From NCBI GenBank assembly GCA_030689605.1, contig JAUYFT010000001.1:1-47785 (forward strand): DNA of 47,785 nucleotides, in the 5' to 3' direction. The notes beneath the pieces are model-generated. The model was not told the origin of the DNA, did no database searches, and saw only the letters and a program-made list of their open reading frames with translations. The position numbers and the translations under genes were made by a program. Position 1 is the first letter of the stretch, and each line of letters opens with the position of its first letter. This document shows positions 38,490 to 47,785 of the stretch, in pieces. This DNA is from a bacterium (lineage in GTDB: Bacteria; Patescibacteriota; Patescibacteriia; PEXW01).

Positions 38490-41027
38490 ATGCTGCAGCT
38501 CATATACGCGGCTCAGGCGCAAGCTGGAAATCTCGAAAACGACTATGTGACAGTTTTTCCCTGGGCGCCACTAATCATTGCGGTTGGGGTCGTCCTTGCT
38601 ATCGTGGTTGTTTTCTTGCTCGTCCGCAGACGGCGGGCAAAACCATCTACCATAAAACTCGTGTGTTTAATGGTAACCTTGCCAAAAGAGCAGCAGGAGG
38701 AAGACTCGGGCAAAGGCTCGTCGCGCATCCAGCAGATGCAGGAGCAGATTAGCGTGGGGGAGTCATTCTTATCGTTCCTGGGCAACATGCGGGCGCAGCG
38801 CTGGTACCACACACTCGGCCGCGGGCGCAACGACCATTTCAGCTTAGAAATCGTCGCTGACCGTGAGCTTATTACCTTCTACGTCGTGGTACCGGAGCCG
38901 ATGAAGGAGTTCATGGAGCAGCAGATTCAAGCCCAGTACGCCGACGCCGAAATTCTTGTCACGCCCGAGTACAACCCTTTTCGCCCGACCTCGCACGTCG
39001 CGGCAGCCGCCTTGAGTTTACGCCAACGGTCGCTCTTCCCAATTCTCTCGTACCGACGCATGGATGTGGACCCGCTCAGTGGCTTGACCAATGCATTGTC
39101 GAAGCTAAGTGCTGATGAGTCTGCCGTTATCCAGTACGTTTGTCGGTCTTCGCACCCTCGCTGGCACACGCGGGCAGCAGCAGCGATTCGGAATTTACGT
39201 GCCGGAGGCAAAGCGAACCCCTCTATGGTTGGCAAGATTATTAGCGAACTTTGGAGCATGTTTTTCAGTACCAAAAAAAGCTCGCAGCAAGAGGAAATGC
39301 CAAAGCCCGTCAGCCCTGTGCAAGAGGAGCTTATTCAAAGGTTGCAAGAGAAGAACACTAAGCCCGCGCTCGATGTGAACATCCGCATCGTCGTGAGTAG
39401 CGCCACGCAGCAATTAGCCGCCACGCGATTGCAGAATATTATGTCTGCCTTTGGCCAGTATGCGTCCCCCGAAACCGGAAATCGTTTTTGGAAGAATGCT
39501 TGGCACTCCAACGACACGATCATTCGGAATTTCATATACCGGATGTTCGACGGGAACCGTCTGACGTTGCGCCCTCGGTATGCCACGTTAAGTACCGAGG
39601 AGCTCGCCAGCCTCTGGCACCTGCCGTTGGCGACCACCGAAACCCCGAATATCCGTTGGGTCCTCTCCCGCAATGCACCGCCGCCGGTCAATTTGCCGAA
39701 AACCGGCGTGTTGCTCGGCACCAGCCACTACCGCGGGGAAGAGGCGAAGATTCGCGTGGCGCGGGAAGACCGCCGCCGCCATGTGTACGTTATTGGGAAG
39801 TCTGGCGTTGGCAAGTCGGTGCTTATGACGCAGATGGCCTTGCAGGATATTGCCAATGGTGACGGCGTCTGCGTCGTGGATCCGCACGGTGACCTCATTA
39901 TCGATATCATGGGTCGGATGCCTGCCCACCGTTTGAAGGACGTTATCCACTTCAACCCTTCGGACATGCAAGCACCGGTTGGCTTGAATATGTTAGATGC
40001 AGAGAACCCCGAAGATAAAGACTTCGCCGTGCAGGAGATGATTTCCATTTTCATGAAGCTCTTCCCGCCCGAGATGATTGGCCCAATGTTCGAGCACAAT
40101 ATGCGCAACGTGATGCTCACGCTCATGGCCGATCCGGAAAATCCAGGCACCATTGTCGAAATTCCCCGCATGTTTACTGACCCGGTGTTCCAGAAGTTGA
40201 AAGTTTCGAAAGTGACCGACCCCATTGTCCGGGCGTTTTGGGAAAAGGAAATGGCGAAAACCAGTGACTTCCACAAGTCCGAAATGCTGGGCTACCTCAT
40301 TAGCAAGGTCGGTCGGTTTGTGGAGAATACGATGATGCGCAACGTCATTGGCCAGTCCAAGAGCGGTTTTGACTTCCAGCGCATTATGAACGAAGGCAAG
40401 ATTCTCCTCGTCAACCTGTCGAAGGGGACTACAGGTGAAGTGAATGCCAACCTCCTAGGCCTCATCATTGTGTCGAAGCTACAAATGGCCGCTCTGCGCC
40501 GTGCGTCGTTGCCCCAAGAACAACGCAAAGACTTTTTTCTCTACATTGATGAGTTCCAGAACTTCATTACCGATTCTATTGCCACCATTCTTTCCGAAGC
40601 GCGGAAGTACCGCCTGAACCTAACCATCGCGCATCAGTATGTTGGCCAACTGGTGCAGGGCGCAGACACGAAGATTCGTGACGCCGTGTTTGGCAACGTC
40701 GGCACAGTCGTAGCTTTCCGCGTGGGTGTGGAAGATGCCGAGACCTTTGCCCAGACCTTTGCCCCGACGTTCAGCGCCTTCGATGTAACGAATGTGGAGA
40801 AGTACACGGCCATTGTGAAGCTCCTCATCGACAACACCATGTCGAAGCCATTCACCATGAAGACGTTGCCTTTGGTGCAGCCGACGCCAGGACTCGTCGA
40901 ACACTTGGTTCAGCTCTCACGCAAACAGTTTGGAGTCCCCCGCGAAACCGTAGAAAAAGAAATTCTCGAGCGTTCCCAGCTCGGTGCCGCAGCCCCGCCG
41001 CCTATGGTGGCGGAAAGGAAGGCGTAA
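38490..41027 (+). CDS. DUF87/TraD-VirD4-like (HerA-FtsK superfamily) membrane ATPase
   Basis: DRRRHVYVIGKSGVGKS Walker A, DPHGDL, LYIDEFQN Walker B, SEARKYRL. Confidence 0.9.
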   Translation: MLQLIYAAQAQAGNLENDYVTVFPWAPLIIAVGVVLAIVVVFLLVRRRRAKPSTIKLVCLMVTLPKEQQEEDSGKGSSRIQQMQEQISVGESFLSFLGNMRAQRWYHTLGRGRNDHFSLEIVADRELITFYVVVPEPMKEFMEQQIQAQYADAEILVTPEYNPFRPTSHVAAAALSLRQRSLFPILSYRRMDVDPLSGLTNALSKLSADESAVIQYVCRSSHPRWHTRAAAAIRNLRAGGKANPSMVGKIISELWSMFFSTKKSSQQEEMPKPVSPVQEELIQRLQEKNTKPALDVNIRIVVSSATQQLAATRLQNIMSAFGQYASPETGNRFWKNAWHSNDTIIRNFIYRMFDGNRLTLRPRYATLSTEELASLWHLPLATTETPNIRWVLSRNAPPPVNLPKTGVLLGTSHYRGEEAKIRVAREDRRRHVYVIGKSGVGKSVLMTQMALQDIANGDGVCVVDPHGDLIIDIMGRMPAHRLKDVIHFNPSDMQAPVGLNMLDAENPEDKDFAVQEMISIFMKLFPPEMIGPMFEHNMRNVMLTLMADPENPGTIVEIPRMFTDPVFQKLKVSKVTDPIVRAFWEKEMAKTSDFHKSEMLGYLISKVGRFVENTMMRNVIGQSKSGFDFQRIMNEGKILLVNLSKGTTGEVNANLLGLIIVSKLQMAALRRASLPQEQRKDFFLYIDEFQNFITDSIATILSEARKYRLNLTIAHQYVGQLVQGADTKIRDAVFGNVGTVVAFRVGVEDAETFAQTFAPTFSAFDVTNVEKYTAIVKLLIDNTMSKPFTMKTLPLVQPTPGLVEHLVQLSRKQFGVPRETVEKEILERSQLGAAAPPPMVAERKA

Positions 41028-41031
41028 TTAC

Positions 41032-41514
41032 ATGTCAGAACAAGTAGACTTCAATCCAGATTCTACACGGGAGCAGAAGGAAGCCCCAGAATTCGTGTAC
41101 CACGCTTCACCAAGTGGTGACGTTCAGGAGTTAGAACCACGTCGCGGCAGCATACCTGGAGGAGCAAACCCAGAAACCCAGCCACAACTCGTGTACGCTG
41201 GTGATGTACCTGCCTTTGCTGCGGCTCATGGGTTTCCTTGGGGTTCAGATGAGGGATTTGAGCTGGGGGTAGTGGCTGGGCAAGTGCTCTTCCGCGTGCC
41301 ACGAGTACTCAAAGGAAGACTAAGCCAGCCTGTGTATGTCTATACTTTGCCGGGCGCTGGTTTTCGATTCACCCTAGGTGAGGGGACTGGTCATACCTTT
41401 GAATCAGCGGAAAAGGTAAAGCCAACGAAAGTAGAGTCGTTTACCACAGTCCAGGAAGCTATTGAGCATTTTGGTGGTACGGTCGAGTACTACGATCCAC
41501 AAGATTCCGACTAG
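41032..41514 (+). CDS. Hypothetical protein, possibly Arr/ART-like fold
   Basis: VYHAS...LEPR...VYA and VYVYTL pattern; start MSEQ. Confidence 0.65.
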   Translation: MSEQVDFNPDSTREQKEAPEFVYHASPSGDVQELEPRRGSIPGGANPETQPQLVYAGDVPAFAAAHGFPWGSDEGFELGVVAGQVLFRVPRVLKGRLSQPVYVYTLPGAGFRFTLGEGTGHTFESAEKVKPTKVESFTTVQEAIEHFGGTVEYYDPQDSD

Positions 41515-42306
41515 CGATTTTTCAGAACGAAGAATCTTGTTCGTCCAGCAAGGTCAGATAGGAATTCGTAATGGTAGCCAGTTAGCCGGTCACCAATACC
41601 TGTCAGCCAGCGCTCTTGGGCGGGGTCAATTTCGAGAATGGCTTTGGGGATATTGCGTTCCGCTACTTGAGCAACGATCTTCTCAACCAGCTCAAGCCCC
41701 CGAGTGCCACCATGCAAAGCGAGCTTGGGTTCGTGCGGGACATTTTTTAACTGCGGCTTGGCGAGGTAGGGGAGATTGGCAACCACTAGGTCGGGAAGTT
41801 CATTTGGTTTGAGAACCGATAATAGCGAGCCGTGACGGAATTGTATGCGGGTTGAAACTTTGTGAGTACGCGTATTTTTCCGTGCAACTTCCAAAGCCTT
41901 TTCGCTAACGTCCGAGGCAATGATTTTCGCCGTGGGCAGGTACTTCGCCAAGGTCACTGCAATGCAGCCAGAGCCAGTGCCAACGTCAATAATTATTGAT
42001 GGTGCCTTCCGATCCGTGTGCGCGAGCACCCAATCAATGAGCTGTTCAGTTTCGGGGCGGGGGATAAGCACGTCTTTCGTCACCATGAAGTCCAAACCAT
42101 AGAAACCTTGGTGGCCGGTTAGGTAGGCAAAGGGGACTCCATGACGTCGTTTTACCACGAGGCCACGAAACTTTTGGAGTTGTACTGGCGTGAGTATCGT
42201 GTCGGGATACGCAATCAGAAAACTGAGTGGTTTACGCAGGACGTGTACGAGCAAGTCTCTTGATTCGCAAAAATCAAGGCCAGCTTGACGCAGTACTGTT
42301 TCGATA

Positions 42307-42332
<26 letters not shown>
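41511..42332 (-). CDS. prmC: Release factor glutamine methyltransferase
   Basis: [22 protein letters not shown] variant; follows prfA. Confidence 0.93.
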
Positions 42333-43371
<1,039 letters not shown>

Positions 43372-43420
43372 GGGGAAAAACCCTACGCGGGTAACGCGGA
43401 AGGGGAGTTGGGTGGGGTTG

Positions 43421-43675
43421 TTACTTGCGTTTCTTCGACTTCTTCACCGATAGCCGAGCGGTTGCCGTCGCAGAAGATTTCTCCTTCAGGCGCTTGAAGC
43501 GGTCAACACGACCCTGCGTGTCTACCATTTTCTGCTTGCCCGTATAGAGCGGATGGCAGTTTGAGCAAACTTCAACACTTAGCTCCTGCAGGGTGGAACC
43601 AGTAACAAACTTGTTGCCGCAACCGCAGCGCACAGCCGCGTCATGGTAGTAGGTTGGGTGGATCTTGTCCTTCAT
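43421..43675 (-). CDS. rpmE: 50S ribosomal protein L31
   Basis: [26 protein letters not shown]. Confidence 0.96.
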   Translation of the reverse strand: MKDKIHPTYYHDAAVRCGCGNKFVTGSTLQELSVEVCSNCHPLYTGKQKMVDTQGRVDRFKRLKEKSSATATARLSVKKSKKRK

Positions 43676-43771
43676 AGGTTCGTACTATACCACGTTCCCA
43701 AGGAGCGTCAACCCAGTACCACTTTTGGGTCTAAAAGTGGCGCTGGGTCAAGCGCATATATTGCGTTGCCC

Positions 43772-43800
43772 TTGTCAGGATAAAATTCGTATGGTAGAGT
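43772..43800 (+). promoter_or_regulatory. rpsB-tsf promoter
   Basis: TTGTCA-17 nt-TAGAGT with TG extension. Confidence 0.6.
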
Positions 43801-43809
43801 CACGACGCT

Positions 43810-43910
43810 CACATCTCACATACGTCGTTTTGCCTTTTTGGCAAACTTGGTGCGGATCCTGACCCATGCACATGCCTGGGTTCCCGCAACTATTGCGACG
43901 TAGCGGTTAA
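43810..43910 (+). ncRNA. Probable rpsB leader (t44-like S2 autoregulatory RNA)
   Basis: TACGTCG/CGACGTA outer stem, GGTGCGG/CCGCA inner stem; lies between the promoter and rpsB. Confidence 0.55.
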
Positions 43911-43930
43911 TTCTTGAAAGGACTACACGT

Positions 43931-44665
43931 ATGCGCGAGGTTACTCTCCTCGAAATGCTCCAGAAGGGCGTGCACTTTGGCCACCAAGAATCGCGGTGGA
44001 ACCCGAAGATGAAGCCCTATATTTTCACGTCTCGGAATGGCGTGCATATCATCAACCTGGAATCGACCCTTGACAAGCTCCAAGCTGCCGCGGCCTTTGC
44101 CGAATCACTTGTCCAGGCGGGTGGCACTATTCTTTTCGTCGGGACGAAACGTCAGGTAAAAGCCATCGTCAAGCAGCAGGCCGAAGCGAGCGGCATGCCC
44201 TACATGACCGAGCGCTGGATTGGCGGGACGCTTACGAATTTCAGTACCATCCATGAACTTATTAAGAAACTTCGTCGGCTGAAGAGTGAGCAAGCGGCTG
44301 GCTTACTAGACCGATACACTAAGAAAGAGCAGGTTGGTTTGCAGAAGGATATAACCAAGCTCCAGACCGAGATTGGCGGCATTGAGCTGGTCGACAAGAT
44401 TCCCCAGGCCCTCTTCGTCGTTGACTGTGCGAAAGAGCGAACGGCTATTCGGGAAGCCCGGAAGATGAACGTACCTATTATTGCCATCTGCGATTCGAAT
44501 GTGAACCCCGACCTGGTGCAGTACCCAATTCCTGGGAACGATGATGCGACGAAGTCTGTAGAACTCTTGACTAGCGTCATTGCCGAGTCCATCAATGCTG
44601 GGAAGCAACGTCAAGCAGCGACGGCGCCCGCCCCGGTTGTGGTTCCGGCAACTGTATCAGTATAA
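43931..44665 (+). CDS. rpsB: 30S ribosomal protein S2
   Basis: GVHFGH, WNPKM, RWIGGTLTNF, IPGNDDA. Confidence 0.97.
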   Translation: MREVTLLEMLQKGVHFGHQESRWNPKMKPYIFTSRNGVHIINLESTLDKLQAAAAFAESLVQAGGTILFVGTKRQVKAIVKQQAEASGMPYMTERWIGGTLTNFSTIHELIKKLRRLKSEQAAGLLDRYTKKEQVGLQKDITKLQTEIGGIELVDKIPQALFVVDCAKERTAIREARKMNVPIIAICDSNVNPDLVQYPIPGNDDATKSVELLTSVIAESINAGKQRQAATAPAPVVVPATVSV

Positions 44666-44680
44666 TTCTAACGATTTCTT

Positions 44681-45265
44681 ATGCCTACGATTTCCGTTGC
44701 CGATATCCAAGCACTCCGCGAACGCACTGGCGTGGGTATGCTCGATGCGAAAAATGCTCTCGAAGCAGCAAGTGGCGACATTGATGCTGCGGTGACTACC
44801 CTTCGGAAATCTGGACAGAAGGTTGCGGAGAAGAAAGCTGCCCGGGTGACGCGGGAAGGCGTGGTGGGGGTGTACGAGCATAGCAACAAGAAGCTTGTGG
44901 CCGTAGTTGCCGTGGCGTGTGAGACAGATTTTGTTGCCCGGACAGAGGATTTTCAAACCTTGGCGCATGAGCTGGCGATGCACGTCGCGGCAGCCGCACC
45001 GACATACCTTACGGCTGCGGATATCCCCGCTGATGTCCTGGCCACGGAAGAGGATATTGCGCGCAGCCAAGCTAAGGGCAAGCCGGAGAAGATCCTCGCG
45101 TCTATCATTCAGGGGAAATTGAAGAAGTACGCCGAGGAGCACTGCTTGATGGAGCAAAAGTTCTTCAAGGATGATACAAAGACGGTCAGCGGTGTTGTTC
45201 AAGAAGCCATGCAGAAGCTCGGCGAGAACATCCAGGTTAAGGAATTCGTTCGTTTAAGCGTGTAG
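44681..45265 (+). CDS. tsf: Elongation factor Ts (short form)
   Basis: LRERTGVGMLDAK, CETDFVAR, LGENIQV. Confidence 0.96.
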   Translation: MPTISVADIQALRERTGVGMLDAKNALEAASGDIDAAVTTLRKSGQKVAEKKAARVTREGVVGVYEHSNKKLVAVVAVACETDFVARTEDFQTLAHELAMHVAAAAPTYLTAADIPADVLATEEDIARSQAKGKPEKILASIIQGKLKKYAEEHCLMEQKFFKDDTKTVSGVVQEAMQKLGENIQVKEFVRLSV

Positions 45266-45268
45266 CCC

Positions 45269-46159
45269 ATGCTCACCGATTGGATATTCCTAGGAGTATT
45301 TGGTGCCTGCGTGGTTACCTGCGCGGTGGTAGTGTGGCGGAAGTTGCCGCAGCTGGCGAGTATCCGTACGGACGCTATCCCCAAGCACCAACAACAAGCT
45401 CGAAAGCAGCAGATCTTGGATAAGCGCCTTCAGCAGAAGCTCGGGAATGCCGAAGCGGCCATTGTGAGAACGCTGACCAAGGGCTTTCAAGGAATGTGGA
45501 GCGGACTTCAGGTGCTGCTTCGCCGTTTGCGTGAACTTGAACGTGAGTACCGGCGCAAAGTAGTCACCCAGCAATCCATAGAGAATCCCGAAGTGCTGCG
45601 TTCTCGCCTCGCGACCGGGCTCGCCGACGCGCAGACGGCCATGGCGGCTGAAGACTTTCCTCGAGCCGAACAGCTCTTTGTAGATATCGTTGCCCTCGAT
45701 CCGAAGAACGTCGAAGCGTATATTGGGCTTGCGGATGTGGCCATGGCGAAAAAGGATTATACGAATGCCCGTGAGGCACTCCAGTTCGTGCTCAAGCTCC
45801 AGCAGGGGAATGATTCGGTTTATACTCGGCTCGGCCGCATTGCGACTGATGAAGGGAAATTCTCCGAAGCCGAAGCAGACTATCTTAAGTCTGTTAGCTT
45901 GAATGCGTCGACCGCTACCGCACAGTTTGAACTGGCAAATATTGAAGTGAAGCTTGGCAATGTAGAGAAAGCCCAAACTGCCTTTCAAGAGGCGGTTAAG
46001 CTTGAACCGGCAAACCCAAAGTACCTGGATGCATTGCTCGCCTTCGCTATCCAGCATACTCGTAAGGACATCGCCCGTGAAACGCTAGCACGGCTCCGCG
46101 AGGCAAATCCAGAGAATCAGAAATTACCCGAACTTGCAGAAGCCGTGAAGAAGTTGTAG
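45269..46159 (+). CDS. Membrane-anchored TPR protein
   Basis: N-terminal TM; TPR motifs LDPKNVEAY, LEPANPKY. Confidence 0.85.
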   Translation: MLTDWIFLGVFGACVVTCAVVVWRKLPQLASIRTDAIPKHQQQARKQQILDKRLQQKLGNAEAAIVRTLTKGFQGMWSGLQVLLRRLRELEREYRRKVVTQQSIENPEVLRSRLATGLADAQTAMAAEDFPRAEQLFVDIVALDPKNVEAYIGLADVAMAKKDYTNAREALQFVLKLQQGNDSVYTRLGRIATDEGKFSEAEADYLKSVSLNASTATAQFELANIEVKLGNVEKAQTAFQEAVKLEPANPKYLDALLAFAIQHTRKDIARETLARLREANPENQKLPELAEAVKKL

Positions 46160-46181
46160 TGTTGTACGTTCTCAATTACAT

Positions 46182-46250
46182 GCCGTTGTAGTCCCGTCCC
46201 GCGCTAGCGAGACGAGGATCCTCGATCCCTTCGGGATCGGGAATCAGCGG
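46182..46250 (+). pseudogene. Possible decayed 5' fragment of tRNA-Thr interrupted by a double TCCCG/CGGGA hairpin
   Basis: GCCGTTGTAG|insert 46192-46242|ATCAGCGG resembles GCCGATGTAGCTCAGCTGG. Confidence 0.4.
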
Positions 46251-46291
46251 AATCGAACACACAAGTACGTTACAGTTTTTCCAAATCGTAT

Positions 46292-46367
46292 GCCGATGTA
46301 GCTCAGCTGGTAGAGCAACTCCATGGTAAGGAGTAGGTCGCCGGTTCAATTCCGGCCATCGGCTCCA
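46292..46367 (+). tRNA. tRNA-Thr(GGT)
   Basis: GCCGATG/CATCGGC acceptor, ACTCC-ATGGTAA-GGAGT anticodon arm, TTCAATT T-loop, CCA. Confidence 0.95.
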
Positions 46368-46546
46368 TGAACCACTCGCTTCGCTCGGGTTCATGGCGAG
46401 CCACGTATGTGTACAAGGCTTGCCTGAATATAAAGTGCTAATGTGGTTCATGCCCTGCACCGGAGTCCCGTCCGCGGGACGACTGGTACAGGGCAGCCCC
46501 GCAGCCTCGCTTGACCCCAGGGAAATCTGACAATTTTGGAAAATTT

Positions 46547-46842
46547 TCCGGAGTAGCTCAGTGGTAGAGTCCCGATCTGTGAAGCAGATCGAGGATGCAC
46601 GATAGCCCGATGGGCTATCGGCACAACGCTTTTGTCCCGCTCGTTTGCTGCTATCATGAAGGCAGACGCGGGATCCTCGTAGTTCTTCAAAATCTTGCCG
46701 GAGTAGCTCAGCTGGTAGAGCAACGCTTTGGTAAAGCGAAGGTCGGGGGTTCGAGTCCTCTCTCCGGCTCCATCGGCAAGATTTTGTAAGAACTTCGGGA
46801 TAAAGCGAAGGTCGTCCCGCCACGGCGGGACGGGTGGCTCCA
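46547..46842 (+). pseudogene. Outer, fragmented tRNA-Thr(TGT)
   Basis: Pieces 46547-46569, 46624-46634, 46801-46814 and 46832-46842 separated by hairpin inserts; T-loop and part of the 3' acceptor strand deleted. Confidence 0.8.
46697..46772 (+). tRNA. tRNA-Thr(GGT), nested inside the Thr(TGT) remnant
   Basis: GCCGGAG/CTCCGGC acceptor, loop TTGGTAA, TTCGAGT T-loop, CCA. Confidence 0.93.
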
Positions 46843-46870
46843 CTCATTATTCCTCTCTAATACCTATTGT

Positions 46871-47026
46871 ATGTCCCAAGACAACCTGATCCACCTGGAG
46901 TGCACGGTTTGCAAGCATGTGAACTACCATTCGAAGAAGAATAAGAAGACGCTTAAAGGTCGATTAGCATTGAAGAAACACTGCACCTGGTGTGGCAAGC
47001 ACACCTTGCACAAGGAAACGAAGTAG
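46871..47026 (+). CDS. rpmG: 50S ribosomal protein L33 (zinc-binding form), not in the ORF track
   Basis: [51 protein letters not shown]. Confidence 0.95.
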   Translation: MSQDNLIHLECTVCKHVNYHSKKNKKTLKGRLALKKHCTWCGKHTLHKETK

Positions 47027-47038
47027 TTTTCCACGCCT

Positions 47039-47290
47039 GGGGGAATAATTCATCGGTAGAACGACGGTCTCCCCGCCTGCCGGAGTACAGGGATAACATT
47101 AAGTCGTTAGTTGATGGGGGCGTAGTTCAACAGTAGAACTTCGGTCTCCAAAACCGGTAACGAGGGTGCGACACCTTCCGCCCCCGCCAACTAGCGACAA
47201 TAATGCTGTACAAATTGAAGGAAAATATTTACTTCGTACGGCGGGCAGTCAAAACCGTAGAGGAGGGTTCGATTCCTTCTGCCCTCGCCA
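47039..47290 (+). pseudogene. Outer tRNA-Trp(CCA) split at the anticodon by a 178-nt insert
   Basis: 5' half 47039-47072 plus 3' half 47251-47290 rejoin to ACGGT-CTCCAAA-ACCGT with GAGGG-TTCGATT-CCTTC and CCA; one acceptor and one D-stem mismatch. Confidence 0.85.
47116..47189 (+). tRNA. tRNA-Trp(CCA), nested inside the outer tRNA-Trp
   Basis: GGGGGCG/CGCCCCC acceptor, TCGGT-CTCCAAA-ACCGG, T-loop TGCGACA, CCA end. Confidence 0.9.
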
Positions 47291-47558
47291 GTACTGCAGG
47301 TGCCTGGTAGGGGCGCATGCAGGATCATGTGGAAAATGGAATCGAACGGGTGCGAGCGAGCGTAGCACCCCGGCCCGAAGGGCGATTCCTTCTTCCCCCG
47401 CCAGCTCTTTTCCCGAAATTTCATTTGGGGGATTTCCCGAAAAAGCTTTAGATTTTTCGTACTCCGTGTATGCGGAGTGTGCCGCATTGAGAGAGAGGAT
47501 TGCCTCCGCCATCTCGCTACGCTTGAGCGGACAGGCTTGCCTAAAGAAAATAAGTACG

Positions 47559-47606
47559 CTTGCCCGTCCGTAGTCCACCCCGGGTGGACGTAGGCGGGCG
47601 GGCAAG
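47559..47606. repeat. REP-like GC-rich hairpin
   Basis: CTTGCCCGTCCG..GTCCACCC/GGGTGGAC..CGGGCGGGCAAG. Confidence 0.7.
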
Positions 47607-47646
47607 GAACTCCCAAATCATTGACTTATTAGTGAAAAATTTATAT

Positions 47647-47785
47647 AAGACCCACTGCCCAAACCCCATTCCGCCAGACACCTCAAAGCGGGTGCTTGCT
47701 TGATTTACGCGTGCCGCAGATTGTAGAGACCTACCACCGTCTTGAAGATATCATTGTAATCGGAGAGGGTGCTCCTGAATCGGTG
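47647..47785 (-). mobile_element. Probable end of an IS5/ISL2-like (DDE_Tnp_4) element with partial transposase C-terminus (47705-47785)
   Basis: Minus frame HRFRSTLSDYNDIFKTVVGLYNLRHA*; TA-AGACCCACTGCCCAAA could be the terminal IR. Confidence 0.45.

Noticed and set aside
38490-41027. Conjugative element
   Set aside because: No relaxase, VirB genes, integrase or boundaries
46368-46545. tRNA-Tyr or tRNA-Gly in the Thr cluster
   Set aside because: No cloverleaf or T-loop could be built by eye
46635-47250. Group I or group II introns in the tRNA anticodons
   Set aside because: Apart from the nested tRNA only about 90-105 nt of simple stem remains. No catalytic core is recognisable, and the inserts lack a terminal G or GUGYG start.
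46176-47616. Long ORFs in the track over the tRNA cluster
   Set aside because: They are shadow frames across tRNAs and GC-rich hairpins with no protein motifs

Overview
Chromosomal segment of a small-genome bacterium, most likely Patescibacteria/CPR. This is inferred from the DUF87/VirD4-like ATPase, baseplate-J-like and DUF3048 proteins, NLPY-type PrmC, short EF-Ts and MetG, and scarce Shine-Dalgarno sites; genetic code 11. Core genes: thrS, dnaE, rodA, rplY, metG, rsmI, a complete F1Fo ATP synthase operon, prmC-prfA-rpmE, rpsB-tsf, rpmG and a Thr/Trp tRNA cluster. Accessory genes: an S8 protease with nine dockerin-like modules, a REP-associated tyrosine transposase (RAYT) inside the atp operon, hicBA, heliorhodopsin plus peroxiredoxin, and probable IS ends at both window edges. 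The most striking observation is nested tRNA genes, seen twice. A decayed tRNA-Trp and a decayed tRNA-Thr are each split at the anticodon by a long REP-like hairpin element that carries a complete tRNA for the same amino acid at its apex. Also notable: two same-format antisense orphan-gene cassettes with a covarying GNRA hairpin in front of atpA and atpD, a direct-repeat-flanked 1.1 kb mosaic insert at the dnaE 3' end, and several palindromic repeat families that insert into spacers, each other, tRNAs and a coding sequence.
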